Part shown: positions 12,801 to 25,538 of the stretch, in pieces
Numbering within the stretch: position 1 is the stretch's first letter
Layout: each line of letters begins with the position of its first letter
Source of the DNA: Hormiphora californensis
Lineage: Eukaryota; Animalia; Ctenophora
Assembly: GCA_020137815.1 (NCBI GenBank)
Contig: CM035351.1
Span: 7,998,001-8,062,000 of the forward strand
Reading direction: 5' to 3'
DNA length: 64,000 bases
Program-made: the position numbers and the translations under genes
The notes under the pieces: model-generated
Told to the model about the DNA's origin: nothing
Seen by the model: the letters and a program-made list of their open reading frames with translations, nothing else
Database searches by the model: none

Positions 12801-13884
12801 TACAGCCACCCGATGCACCCCACCGCCCTTCCCCTCCCAGACTTAAACACCCCCGTCCCCTGTCCCACCAGACTAACAGACGATTATAAGCTGCACACTC
12901 ACCAGACCAGGAAGGCGGGGTTCAAGGAGAGGACATCCCAGGTGCAGCATTGACATGTTGGTATGCTCTGCTCTAGCCTGCAAATAGATGGGATGTGTTA
13001 ATAACATTGTTAGTGTGCTCAGCTCGAGCCTGCAAATGTATATGGGATATACTGGGGTCAATATGTTTTCAAGACTCGGAATAAATGTTACGCAACAAAA
13101 CCCAGCTGGCAGCTACACGACTACACTAGCAAACATTTGTTACCTTGTTCTCGCTATAAATCCGCTGGATCAGTTTAACATTTTCTGTTATTTCTGTTTT
13201 CCTTGGGTTTACAGGAACCATCTCGACATTCAGAACTCCCACCTTCTCTTTCTTCTGAAGGGGGAGGGTGTGGTGGGGTTAAAAGGTGGGTCAAGAAAGC
13301 AGCAGAAGAATAGAATTTGAATTTAAAAGAGGAAATCTTTCTAACGATAGATAACTTACTGATATCTCAGTGTTAACTTTCTTGATAACTCTCTCCGTAT
13401 CAACAATGTCTTTATCCACCTTCTCCATTAGTGCTAGTATACTCTCCATTGTAGGTTGCTGTTGCTCCTGTTGCTGTTCCTGTTGTTTCTCTTCTTCCAC
13501 TGGTTCTGGCTCTAACTCTCCCTCCTCTTCCTCTTCAACCCCCTCTTCATTTTCCTCAGCCACTATCTCCCCAGGTTCAGACTTGGGAGAGGGGGTGTGG
13601 GGTCCCACAACTGCTGCCGGGGTATGTCCATTGGGGACAAACTCCCCAAACACAGGACCATTTGTCAACATACTCGCTACAGAGGGAGAGAGGTAATGTT
13701 AAGTTATGGCAAGGAGGGGGATTGGCATGGCAGCTAGGGTAGGGGGCTGGGGGAGCTGCTGGACACCAGATGTTCGGGGTGTTTGTGTGATGCCAGTGTG
13801 TCGGGAAAGGGAGCGCGCGGGAAAGGTATCAGAACTTGTACCGCGCGTTACAGCTATGTCGCTGGATTCTGTGTGCCACTCCAT
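862..13884 (-). CDS. NCOR: Nuclear receptor corepressor (NCoR/SMRT)-like protein, multi-exon; N-terminal GPS2/TBL1-binding region plus SANT1/DAD; 3' end not resolved (may continue towards or beyond position 1)
   Basis: Approximate GT-AG exons, phase-consistent where checked: ~13359-13677 (MESILALMEKVDKDIVDTERVIKK), 13144-13254 (KLIQRIYSENK), ~12900-12979, 12669-12723 (PLYKQPSDLPQYNETVKR), 12482-12554 (KKALVDYLWKKK), 1992-2164 (LAEEYHNKFLQWQEKLRILEENPKRQKDLAACRKYFETVFPTIKRKLEQEERFNR), ~1385-1610 (VRSEAELAEIVEQLTEHQ..VPDML..RRFYNENG), 1084-1235 (IWTDAEKRTFRDRFGQHGKVFHKIAAHIQNKT), 862-978 (VDQCIHYYYMSKKKENYKALL). These follow, in order, the remembered NCoR1 motifs DRVDREI, IIYDENRKK, PLYNQPSD, YYEKQFPEIRKQREQQERF, ARSEHEI, WTDHEK, CVLYYYLTKKNENYKAL. 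The start ATG at 13884 is tentative. Confidence 0.9.
2364..4346 (-). CDS. Uncharacterised intronless protein (660 aa) with ~5 copies of a beta-rich repeat domain and a basic C-terminus; nested in the NCoR intron; probably the 3' half of a gene that includes 4731-6845
   Basis: Long ORF. Repeats such as FYRVLVEGTWYTARKSDL, EYSVQFQKKVYRVPGSLIHP, IYCVTIGQKIVNLPGRNIKP. KQKRKKKK is NLS-like. Confidence 0.75.
   Translation of the reverse strand: MEQIDRSQRSETPCRAGSYDNLPGICDLLNAMDNIRDPLEETDTGLCNSFSLARHTRLRARTASSTNTLQQIDDITSLNSSLHSPGVLGSPASTAPTPVVPDFYRVLVEGTWYTARKSDLVEKGPGEVFMMMIDKSLKRTEMVIKVPGASSPADDAVYLADNKEYSVQFQKKVYRVPGSLIHPVPTGFRVEINGEWVSVRSSAITEVPERVSEFSSLKSMVAVSVEGVWKVIPAESLTPSAQQVTSYSFKRNGRTTLVSPDDVYPMFKEITLPLGNNGVPEKYVTKLQGRQVKIPIGSFSASRSQEDAVILHHKNKKQTVKISELSPYVESGIRARDLSLTTTGSFSAPEYKDNIYCVTIGQKIVNLPGRNIKPHKRKMGYCKIRYRGKVFRITKECIKLVRQTATTLNRTSPEPVSIRSDHQHSVDPTPPIMVSSVIQSPIQQPRCGPKVRFPHFSALLKSVPPEHTPSLVDVDIKLDKGLVLRKSPGRGPHKTTTVGSQKTKGSSKRSVARQQRRAITLDIKPSEKLTISRPDHALHNIPENGQEFEISNFRGTPEVGKKTCVVRPISTSPNRVVIGVKQKRKKKKKGGGGGAVKLDVGNVMKISGGGNYQISGSVPKILLGNHGNHGVQHMTTTEGIETIQKTIVAYSEEQEVLCKR
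4731..6854 (-). CDS. Uncharacterised intronless protein (~705 aa) with 3 beta-rich repeat domains, a Gly-rich tract and ~24x GVRGNSP heptads; nested in the NCoR intron
   Basis: Long ORF preceded by a pyrimidine tract and acceptor (ctttgtttttcccgtagttag| ending at 6855). First ATG at 6824. Domains: FCRVIINNQPVIVP, TYRVRAEGLVYTVQG, QYSVMFQGRQITLPGSSL. Confidence 0.75.
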   Translation of the reverse strand, partial: TLYLIESLCAMDEPRCASVISTTSVLGSFCRVIINNQPVIVPKEYLTYQRDGTITCAMSGVHFPVTSCTEVALETGPPTEQEPESLSDFSLLISTDEEDCTSSCTTSGLTVEDENTYRVRAEGLVYTVQGTEIRRADSAFRISVGGRMVEVSDIEEEMGRSGGVGGGGGVGTGGGGAFGGGGGVIGSGGGAFGGIAGGVGRSGSKVSSNVGAGSSGLVAAGQYSVMFQGRQITLPGSSLHKTDTPGRFLVNVGGQTGVVENPVLIQQRGSQQVFPAPVFQQVPFSNNEHFSSPQDDYSDESSTDTGTNNPRVLEIKQERIRSDPIQPKPAIDPVLFQPKPAFDPVISRPIPSFTTELMIQALEASELPQPGFEVLSCRESPIREKSPAEVRDNSPGVRSNYPGIHGNSPGVRGNSPGVHGNSPGVRGDSPGVRGNSPGVRGNSPGVRGNSPGVRGNSPGVRGNSPGVRGNSPGVRGNSPGVRGNSPGVRGNSPGVRGNSPGVRGNSPGVRGNSPGVRGNSPGVRGNSPGVRGNSPGVRGNSPGVRDNSPGVRSNSPGNHGNQPQSILRGRSPKVRTTLPPSNSSHIIGDPRRLSKAPVGSIPSLNGNPVGVRGSSKEKAPSPPRRSRSRTPSVRFSPKQELIETHVEQTVEVNLRYDTGPRKPKFISPASFLPMIIPAAIHPRQVFTDYTGARIRYEKGKESNDSGL
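5185..5690. repeat. 21-bp coding minisatellite, ~24 copies (ccaggagaRttaccccggact-like; encodes GVRGNSP on minus)
   Basis: Directly visible tandem units; variation is mostly synonymous in the minus-strand frame (AAT/AAC, GTC/GTT). Confidence 0.97.
7755..11975 (-). CDS. Uncharacterised intronless protein (~1400 aa reconstructed) with >=9 beta-rich repeat domains separated by Pro/Ser/Gln-rich linkers; nested in the NCoR intron
   Basis: 1203-aa ORF 7755-11366 plus upstream ORFs 11411-11716 and 11766-11990. Removing single-base insertions at ~11770, ~11413 and ~11385 joins them (GSAYIMLHDGTYQRYDEF; RERRYKIFVNNRYVVVFGSQLSPG). The latter two repairs restore a complete repeat domain. ATG at 11975. 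Confidence 0.8.
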
Positions 13885-14002
13885 CGGTCTCTCTGTCCCA
13901 AACACCGAAAATAAGAATATGTACACGAAACATGGTGATAAGTATAACTTAAAAAGTGTAGTCAAAAACAACTAAAACCCAACAAATAACTTGATAAACA
14001 AT

Positions 14003-15099
14003 TTAACTTCCACGAACAGGTACGGTCTTCATCTCCTCTAAATATTCTCTTTTAGCAGTGTCCTCAATATGTCCAGTCACACTCTCTAGGACAGTCTTCT
14101 TGTTCCATGCCACTGTTACCTTCCTTTTCTTGGGGTTCCTGTGAACCGTCTCAACGTGTCTCTCAAAGGCCTGCTTATAGAAGAATCCAGCAGAGCAATC
14201 CTCACAGTTAAACCTCTTGACTCCGTGATGTACACTTTGTATGTGTTTTACCAGGTTGGGCTTGTGTTTGAACACTTTAGTACACTCAGAACACTCGTAC
14301 TCAACAATGTTAATGACGTTGTGGGCTCGTCTCAAGTGACAGGAGAGTGTTGATTTAGATCGGAATACCTTCCTGCATGTGGGACAGGGATATCTACATT
14401 CCTCCAACTCAAATATCTCCCCACCCTCCACTAACTCATCCACATCACTGGTGGGAAGACTGGGAGCCTGTTCCTCTACACTAACTACCTCCCTCTTCTT
14501 CTCCACCTGCTCACTCCCATTCTCCGCCCCGTGGACCCTTCTCCTGTGTAACTCCAGGTTGGTAACGGTTGAGAACCTTATTGAGCACTCCTCACACCAC
14601 CCTGAATCACGTCTCTGCTTCTTGTGTGTCTGGGCAATGTGTTTTTGAAGGACACTAAACTTGTCGAACTGCTCCCCACAGTCAGTACACATGTACAGGG
14701 AGAAGTGGACCCTCTTTTGGTGTCTGGTCAGGTGTGATTGGGTGGTGAAACTCTGATCACACATTTCACACCTATATGGGGCTGTCTCACCGTGTACCTC
14801 TAGAAGGTGTTTGTACAGGTGTGTCTTCTTAGTGAACCCAACCACATCACACTGTCCACACGGGTACAACTTCTTACCCTCGTGGGTTCGCTCATGTTTC
14901 CTCAGATTACTCAAGGACTTGAAGGAAGAGTTGCACGTTGCACAAACATGGGGTCTGCACTCGGAGTGGGTGTCTGCGTGCCGTTTTAGGTAGCTCTGTC
15001 GGGCAAAGGTCTTGTCACAACCTGGCTCTGGGCAGATATACGGTCTTTCACCTGGGGATGTACACATCAATGTAGTGAGGAAGTTATAGATAGATAGAT

Positions 15100-15159
<60 letters not shown>

Positions 15160-15269
15160 CGCGGCTGCTAGAGATCGCGCTCGCCTCTCTCTCTGACTCG
15201 ATAGCGCTCGCTTCTCTCGCTCGCTCGCTCTCTCTTTCCGGCTCTCTCTCTCCTCGTCTCTCTCTCTCC

Positions 15270-15330
<61 letters not shown>

Positions 15331-15499
15331 CTCTCTCTCTCTCTCCTCTTATTCAGTTTGCTAGAATGTTTTGGAAAACCTGGGGCAATAATTTCTATTC
15401 TAACTTCTTACCGGTGTGTGTAGTGATGTGATCCTCAAGACGGGCTTGTCGGGAGAAGACCCTTCCACATCCCTCAAAGACACACTCGAAAGTGGACAT
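14003..15499 (-). CDS. GTF3A: Transcription factor IIIA-like C2H2 zinc-finger protein (10 fingers), 2 exons: 15412-15499 and 14003-15051
   Basis: Finger 1 FECVFEGCGRVFSRQARLEDHITTHTG and finger 2 CPEPGCDKTFARQSYLKRH have the CxxxxC spacing of TFIIIA. The C-terminal KQAFERH..PKKRK..KKTVLESVTGHI resembles the TFIIIA tail KQSLTRH..PDKKK..KRSLASHLSGYI. Phase-1 GT-AG intron. Confidence 0.75.
15085..15350. repeat. (GATA)/(GA)n followed by noisy (CT)n in the TFIIIA intron
   Basis: Low-complexity tracts in inverted arrangement with a garbled centre; possibly partly an assembly artefact. Confidence 0.8.
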
Positions 15500-15938
15500 C
15501 ACCACCTCACCTGCCTAACAACCATCCCTAGTGGGAGGTGGAGTGGTTAGCTGATAGGACGAAATGAAACTAGCTATTTTTGAAAGGCTGAGGGAAACAA
15601 GATGGTGTAATAAAATATAACTGTATTTAATAAAGGAAAAACTGATAACTATGATACTCCACAAAATTTAGGAGTGATGGTTCAATCTAAAAAAAAATGT
15701 TTGATGGGTCTAGAGATTTGAAACAGCAAGGTACATGTTTTATCATTCCATGTTCAAGAGAACTAGTACTGTTCGATGGTCAAGGATTAAAAGTGGCAGA
15801 ACTCCACGGTTGGCAGTTGACCCTGAACCGTCACTTCAAAATTCAATGGAGTATAGGAATATAAGTATTAACTACAATGTGCATGCATACACATTAAGCA
15901 CTTAAATAAAAAATACTGCTGTTTTACTGCTCATTTAA

Positions 15939-16432
15939 AGTGAGAGTGGACAGAATCAGTTACCAGAAAGGACACGTTTTTTGTATATCTTAGAGATTAG
16001 TTCTCTGACCATTTTGCCTTTTTGCCGCTCAAAATCATCCATCATTTACTGAGATATTTTTGTTAATTATGGGCAATTCCTGTTGGGTCACTATTTATCA
16101 AGCAGGATAGAAACAATCCTTGTGTTTCACTAACAAATTCTTTGAATTTTTAATATGCTGACTTGCTTTGCTCTGCTTCTGTAGGGCTTCTGTGCATGGA
16201 CTTGTCAACCTCACTGCTAATTATGTTCAGAATGTGTAAGTGAAACACAAGGATTGCTTCTATCCTGTTTGATAAATATTGATCTAACAGGAATTCTCCG
16301 AGAGTAAAAAAATTATCTCAGTGATGGATGGGTCGATTTTGAGCGGGAAAAAGGCAAAATGCTCAGGAACTAATATCTAACACCTGTCACCTACAAAGAA
16401 CTTGTCTAATTCTGATTCTGTCCACTCTCACT
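15939..16432. mobile_element. Non-autonomous TTAA-target DNA transposon (Kolobok-like), 494 bp, with diverged ~200-bp inverted arms
   Basis: TTAA|AGTGAGAGTGGACAGAATCAG ... CTGATTCTGTCCACTCTCACT|TTAA. Internal arms are still alignable (ggatagaaacaatccttgtgtttcact / agtgaaacacaaggattgcttctatcc). Absent from the duplicated segment at ~19900. Confidence 0.85.
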
Positions 16433-16575
16433 TTAATAGCCGACACCAGTCAGTAGTCACTATATAGATAAAATAGGAGGCAAGCATTGAAGCACCTTCT
16501 AACTCTGAACGAAATGAACACTCCTTTAGAGAATTTATGTGATATGATATAAGTGGAGAGGTGAGCAGTGAAGGT

Positions 16576-18811
16576 TTACTCTTTGGCCTTACTCTTAACA
16601 TTTTGACACTTCCCAGAGTAATGTTTAATGTGTGCCTTAAGGTTACCAGATGTAAGAAAGCGTTTTCCACAATCCTCACATTCAAACGGTCGCTCTCCCG
16701 TGTGGGTCCTCATGTGAACTTCGATATATTGAGAGGTGGAAAATGTTTTTCCACATTCCTCACATTTGTACGGCTTCTCTCCCGTGTGTTTTCTCATGTG
16801 AACTTTGAGGTAGGAAGACAGGGCAAACTTTTTTCCACATTCCTTACACTGATGTGGTCGCTCTCCACTGTGAATCTTCATGTGAGAACGGAGGTGGCTA
16901 GTTTGGGCAAACGTTTTTCCACACTCCTTACATTCGTATGGCCTTGACCCCGTATGGATTCTTCTGTGTGTGCTAAGATCATTGCTTCTCGAAAAGCTCT
17001 TTCCACATACCTCACATTTATACGGTCGTTCACCAGTGTGAGTCCTCATATGTATTTTAAGAGGATCTGGTCTTGAAAATTCTTTATCACAGAGTTCGCA
17101 TTTATATGGTCGTTCTCCCGTGTGTGTTCTAATATGAATGTTAAGGGCGCCAGATTGAGAAAATCGTTTTCCACATTCCTCACATTTGTACGGCTGCTCT
17201 CCCGTGTGCGACCTCATGTGAGTTTTGAGATGTCCATATTGGGCAAACTTTTTTTCACACTGCTTACATTCGTGAGGTCTTTCACCCGTATGGACCATCT
17301 TGTGGCTGGTAAGGGCACTAACTGAGCTAAAAGTTTTCCCACATTCCTCACATTTGTACGGTCGCTCTCCCGTGTGGGTCCTCATGTGTATTTTGAGACT
17401 GCCAGTTGTAGAGTATCTTTTTTCGCATAAATCACATTTGTACGGCTGCTCTCCCGTGTGGGTCCGCATGTGTATTTTGAGACTTCCAGATTGGGTAAAG
17501 GTTTTACCACAATCCTCACATTTGTACGGTCGTTCACCAGTGTGAGTTCTCAAGTGTGATTTCAAACCGCCACCCTCGGTAAAACATTTTCCACATTCCT
17601 CACATTTGAACGGGTGCTCTCCCGTGTGGGTTCTCAAGTGTAATTTAAGACCGCTAGATTGGGTAAAAGTTTTACCACATTCCTTACATTTGTACGGTCG
17701 TTCACCAGTGTGAGTTCTCAAGTGTTTTTTCAAATTTCCACCTTCGGTAAAACATTTTCCACATTCCTCACATTTGAACGGCTGCTCTCCCGTGTGGGTT
17801 CTCATGTGTGTTTTAAGATTTCCAGATTTAGTAAAAATTTTCCCACACTCCTTACATTCAAACGACCGTTTCCGGTCTCTCAGGTGGGCTCGCATATGTT
17901 TTACAAAGTTTCCAGATGTACCAAATGTTTTTCCACACTCTTTACACTCCATCGCCAATTTTTCCTCATTTTCAGGAGTTTCTGTGCGACGCCTCTTGTT
18001 ACTTGGCAACACATTCTCTTCCTCACTTGAGTCGCTCAGGAGCTCATCTTCTGTGTCCGACAAACTTCCTTCTGATAACTCACCTGAAAATAGAAAAATT
18101 ACAAAGCTTGGGAAGAAAAAGAAGATCTTAGTACATACCTAGTTCTACATTTTTAGTTTTTTTTCATTAACATCAATATGTACGAAGTTATAAATAATTA
18201 TCAACTTACTAGTGTCACTTTCAGAGTCGTTTTTCAAGTCATTGTCAGACAAACTGTCTTCCTGCACTGAACCACTTTCTGATAACTCTCCTAAAAAGGA
18301 TTAGTTTAGTATCAAGAATAATTGGTTTGAACAAACTTGATAATATCCAAAATAGTCGCAGCAATAACGAGTTAGAAAGAATGATCAGTGAAAATAGTTC
18401 ACCTTGTTCTCCTAAGGTTAGCGAATGATTATCTGGTTGCAAAGAGGCTTCAGCTGGTTCCACAGTTTCAGGATCAGATCTTTCTTCGAAATCAGTTGTT
18501 TCAGGATCCACACTGGGGTCAACAGTGTTCTTCGTACAATCAGTCGTATCTTCAGTTTGGACTCCAACGCTTTTCAGTGATCTAACAGGTAGCTGTGGTA
18601 TAACTTCACGATGTCCACACCTGCTACACCCAAAATAAGTCTCCGGAGAGTCAACTGCTTCAGTCTTCACCCGTGGTAGTTCAACATGGACTTGCTCGGT
18701 TTTTAGGAAAGGTCTTGGTACAAACTTGTCCTCATTTCCAGTAACCTCTTCTGCAGTTTTGTTTTTACTCCTTGTTTTGTAGAATACGTGCCGGTTGCTT
18801 TCTTCCCACCA
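16576..18811 (-). CDS. Tandem C2H2 zinc-finger protein, copy 1 (16 fingers, TGE(R/K/Q)P(Y/F) linkers, acidic N-terminus); exons ~18403-18811, ~18209-18290, 16576-18083; +1 indel at ~18783
   Basis: 16 CxxC-x12-HxxxH units counted in the ORF. Upstream exons splice in phase (GELSESGSVQEDSLSDNDLKNDSESDT|[14 protein letters not shown]). Compared with copy 2, the first exon has an extra A (agaatacg vs agatacg). Confidence 0.88.
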
Positions 18812-19069
18812 TCTTGCTACATAGGGATAATGTATTGGTATATTGGTATGACATAATTGTTATAACAATGCTTAGTTTTTAAAACCCATTCATATTTTCA
18901 AATATCAGTTCTGCATAAATTTTAGTGTTTTGTCAAACTATAATTTTGTTAAATAATGATAACACAATACATACATCATTAACAATTAATCATAAAACAC
19001 ACTGAAAAAATGAATGAAGCAAATATTAATAGTTAAACAACTGACCAAATACACCAAATATTTACAAAG

Positions 19070-19627
19070 TTACCATATCATACTAAACCAGCTTGACTTT
19101 TCATTCAAGCCAAGATTGTCTGAAATACTGAAGAAATAATCAAACAAAACAAAATACGGTGCCCAAAAGAGTCCCGGGCGAAGTCTCCATCTGAATCTCA
19201 CTACTCCTTTAGAGGAGAAGATGTTCAGTGGAGTTTGTCGAGAGAGTACTCCCCCCTGGTAAAGAGAGCAGGGTTGACACTGGGGAAACAATCGTTGGAT
19301 GGTACACCCAGTGTGTAGGGATGTAGGTGGCATGTGATCTGAGATGTACTGGACTGTGTAGGTGCCACAGTGAAGGTACCAATCATCTGAACTGGTTTTA
19401 GGTAGATCAGTCAGGCAAAGATCTTGGCACAGCCTGGCCCTTTCACCTGGGAGAGGGAAACGTGTTAGAAAGATAGAGAGATGAATTGCTACGGTTTGAG
19501 AAACTGGGACAATGATTTCAATTCTAAGGATCTTCCTACCGGTGTGTGTAGTGATGTGATCCTCAAGACGGGCTTGTCGGGAGAAGACCCTTCCACATCC
19601 CTCAAAGACACACTCGAAAGTGGACAT
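19070..19627 (-). pseudogene. Chimeric duplication-junction gene: TFIIIA exon 1 + intron + degenerate start of exon 2, fused to the 3' third of the HNH-like gene
   Basis: 19540-19660 is nearly identical to 15412-15535. 19386-19450 is a deleted, diverged copy of 14973-15056. 19070-19381 is nearly identical to 25539-25850. Confidence 0.85.
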
Positions 19628-20576
19628 CACCACCACACCTGCCTAACAACCATCCCTAGAGTGAGGCAGAGTGATTAGTTGATAGGACGAAACGGTGCTA
19701 GTTAGATCAAACAAGCCGAGAAAAACAGGAGAGTTGAAAAATATATAACTGTATTTAATAAAAGTAAACATTTATATCAATACTCCGCAATAGTAAGAAG
19801 TGGCGGTTCTTATTTCAAAAAGTGGTTTGTTTGACAGGTCTAGAGATTTGAAAAAGCAAGTTACATGTTTTATCATTCCACTTTAATGGGAACTAGGACT
19901 GTTCACTTTTGAATGATAATGGATCGAACGTGGCGATCTGAACCGCCCTTAATGCAGGACCGTTTCTTTTCTTTCAAACCGTCCGATTCTTGTAAAACTA
20001 TAGAGAAACAATATTTATATATTATGGGTCGACCTAAATCCTAATAAATGTTTTTTTTTCACAAATCTCACATTCGTACAACTGCTTTGCCTGGCTAGAC
20101 TGTGATTCGGGCGCCCCCCTTCCTTAACAAATGTAAAGAGAGGGTTAGAACATAACAACTGCTATCCCGTGTGGGTCCTCTGAATGTGAATTTTGAGATG
20201 GCTCGATTGGGTAAACTTTTTTCCACACTCTTTGCATTCGTATGGCTTTTCCCCCGTATGGATTCTTCGGTGTGTTCTAAGATCATAAATTGATATAAAC
20301 AACTTTTCACAATCCTCACATTTATACGGTCGTTCACCAGTGTGAGTTCTCATATGAATTTTAAGACGACCTGGTTTCATATAACCTTTTTCACAGAGCT
20401 GGCATTTATATGGTCGCTCTCCCGTATGTATTTTAGTATGAGTAGTAAGGGCGCTAGATGAAATAAATCGCTTTTCACATTCCTCACATTTGTACGGTCG
20501 CTCTCCCGTGTGGGTCCTCATGTGAGTTTTGAGATGTCCATATTGGGTAAAGTTTTTCCCGCATTCCTTACATTCA

Positions 20577-22433
<1,857 letters not shown>

Positions 22434-23082
22434 TTAAGACTGCTAGATTGGTTAAACTTTTTTCCACACTCGTTACATTCGAATGGCTTTTCCCCCGTAT
22501 GGATTCTTCTGTGTTTACTAAGATCAGAACTTGCCGTAAACATCTTTCCACAATCCTTACATTCAAACGGTCGCTCTCCCGTGTGGATCCTCATGTGTAT
22601 TTTGAGATTGCTAGCTTTAGTAAACTTTTTCCCACATTCCTTACATTCAAACGACCGTTTCCGATCTCTCAGGTGGGCTCGCATATGTTTTACAAAGTTT
22701 CCAGATGTACCAAATGTTTTTCCACACTCTTTACACTCCATCGCCAATTTTTCCTCATTTTCAGGAGTTTCTGTGCGACACCTCTTGTTACTTGGCAACA
22801 CATTCTCTTCCTCACTTGAGTCGCTCAGGGCCTCATCTTCTGTGTCCGACAAACTTCCTTCTGATAACTCACCTGAAAATGGAAAATTACGAAACTTGGG
22901 AAGGAAACAAAATATCTACACGTTTTTTGGGAAGGAAAATGATTGTTTTAGTTTTAACTTGGGAAGGAAAGAAAATATAGTTCTCGCTCAGTTTTAGATT
23001 TATCAACAGTATTGACTAGTTGACAAAGGAGGACCCACGAGATGGGAATTTCTGCATTGTATGTTGTATTATATTAACTATA

Positions 23083-23333
23083 AGCCAAAAACTAATTGGA
23101 ATTAGTTGGCGGGAAAGGTGGCCCACTTACACCTTTTGCTGCTACCGGGTACCACGAACTGTCATTCTCTTCACGTCACGTCGGTATCTCAATCTCGATC
23201 TCTCTCACCCTTTCTCTTTCTCTATTTCACTCACCTCTTATATCCCTGATACATTTTAAAATAAAACCCGGCATCAGGCAAAGGTGTAAGTGGGCCACCT
23301 TTCCCGCCAACTAATTCCAATTAGTTTTTGGCT
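23083..23333. mobile_element. MITE, ~250 bp, ~52-bp TIRs, TA-flanked
   Basis: ta|agccaaaaactaattggaattagttggcgggaaaggtggcccacttacaccttt ... aaaggtgtaagtgggccacctttcccgccaactaattccaattagtttttggct|ta. Confidence 0.88.
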
Positions 23334-23368
23334 TAATTTAGGTCCCTTTTTGGTTTCTAATGTCAGTA

Positions 23369-23540
23369 CAGTCGGACCCCGATTTAGGGGCCCCCTATTT
23401 AGTGGCACCCCGATTTAGGGACATGATTTTTTCCCCCCGATATAGGAAATTAACCTTATTTGACCCCGATTTAGTGGACACCCCGATTTAGTGGACAAGA
23501 GCCTTTCCCCCGAGGGTGTCCCTAAATCGGGGTCCGACTG
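23369..23540. mobile_element. Tc1/mariner(pogo)-type MITE, TA TSD
   Basis: TA|CAGTCGGACCCCGATTTAGGG ... CCCTAAATCGGGGTCCGACTG|TA with internal CCCCGATTTAG repeats. Confidence 0.92.
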
Positions 23541-24656
23541 TATGACATTATTTCATGATGTAAAATTGTCAAAATGATGTGTTATGTGAGAAACGAGACG
23601 AATTTCTGTGAAAATCGTAATTTTGACGTCATTATGACGTCATCTGACGTAATTAGTGACGTCGTAACGACGTAATTGGATCACAATATATTTTGAATGA
23701 ATACCCTGAAGGAGCTTGTAAAGTATCATTGACCACAGTGGTCAGGAAAGGGAGTTTTTGCTCGAAAAACGTTCATTTTACTGAATTTTTCGTCAAATTT
23801 TTGACTTCCGACGCAATTTAAGGGCTCAAAATGATGAGCTACGAAAATTCGCAATATAGTAACTGAAAGTTCAGACAATTTGCCGGTAACGATTTTTCGT
23901 CAAATCAGAAATCGGAACACGTCTTCAGGGTGCTAGAGGCGTTTGAAAAAAATTAGTCGATCTCGCGCAATGACGTCACTCGTGACGTCATTGCGCGCGT
24001 TATAAGTAAGATTGAGAGTTGCCACCCAAATGGGTACATGCACGAGACAATTATCTGTCGAATGCCGCTTGGTTTAAGGTCGTACGATGTCTGGTTCGTC
24101 TCAAACTGGGACCAAACGGAAGGTAATAAAGCGTCTATACATCTATCTATCTATCAACCTAGTTATCCCCACACTGAATTTTCTGTTTTGGGGGTGGTGT
24201 TATAACTTTTGAACAAAATGAGCTAGCCACTTGAAATTTTTACCATCGATAGATGTCTACAAGAAGCTTCTGAGTACAAAATTTCAGCTTCCTAGCTCAT
24301 CCGGTTCCGGAGTTATGGCGTGTCAAAAAGTGCCAAAATGGGCTAAAAGTATGAAATAACTATATATACGCTGTGAGCAAGCGGGCCGTTTTTTGGGGGA
24401 ATTTTTTTCGGGGGGTTGGATGGGGCCACCTTTGCGCTTGCCAGCGCAGTGATTGTGTGTAATATATTTGAACTTGAACTTGAACTTACTTGTGTCACAT
24501 TGAGATTCGTTTGCCGAGTCAATGTCAGATAAACTATCTTCCTGCAGTGAACCACTTTCTGATAACTCTCCTAAAAAGGGTTAGTTTATCAAAAATAATA
24601 GCCTTGAACAAACTTGATAATATCCAAAATACTACTTAGTTGCAGCAAAGTTAATA

Positions 24657-24841
24657 CAGTCGGACCCCAATTTAGTGGCCCCCGATTTAGTGGCACCCCG
24701 ATTTAGTGGCACCCCGATTTAGTGGCAGGATTTTTTCCCCCGATGTAGAAAATTAACATTATTTGACCCTGATTTAGTGGCACCCCGATTTGGTGGCAGG
24801 ATTTTTTCCCCCGAGGATGTCACCAAATCGGGGTCCGACTT
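24657..24841. mobile_element. Second copy of the CAGTCGGACCCC MITE family
   Basis: TA|CAGTCGGACCCC ... GGGGTCCGACTT|TA. The paralogous intron at ~18360-18385 lacks it. Confidence 0.9.
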
Positions 24842-25538
24842 TATATAGACTTTGAAAAATGATCCATGAAAATAGTTTACCTTTTTCTCCAAAGGTTAGC
24901 GAATGGTTATCTGGTTGCAAAGACGCTTCAGCTGGTTCCACAGTTTCAGGATCAGATCTTTCTTCGAAATCAGTTGTTTCAGGATCCACACTGGGGTCAA
25001 CAGTGTTCTTCGTACAATCAGTTGTATCTTCAGTTTGGACTCCAACGCTTTTCAGTGATCTAACAGGCAGCTGTGGTATAACTTCACGATGTCCACACTT
25101 GCTACACCCAAAATAAGTCTCCGGAGAGTCAACTGCTTCAGTTTTCACCCGTGGTAGTTCAACATGGACTTGCTCGAATTTTAGGAAAGGTCTTGGTACA
25201 AACTGTTCCTCATTTCCAGCAACCTCTTTTACAGTTTTGTTTTTACTCCTTGTTTTGTAGATACGTGCCGGTTGCTTTCTTCCCACCATCCTGCTACATA
25301 GGGAAATTATTGGTATATTGGTATGACATAATTGTTATAACAATGCTTAGTTTTTAAAACCCATTCATATTTTCAAATATCAGTTCTGCATAAATTTTAG
25401 TGTTTTGTCAAACTATAATTTTGTTAAATAATGATAACACAATACATACATCATTAACAATTAATCATAAAACACACTGAAAAAATGAATGAAGCAAATA
25501 GTTAAACAACTGACCAAATACACCAAATATTTACATAG

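Noticed and set aside
16561-18142. Plus-strand ORFs over the zinc-finger arrays (also 22332-22997)
   Set aside because: These are typical antisense shadows of C2H2 repeats.
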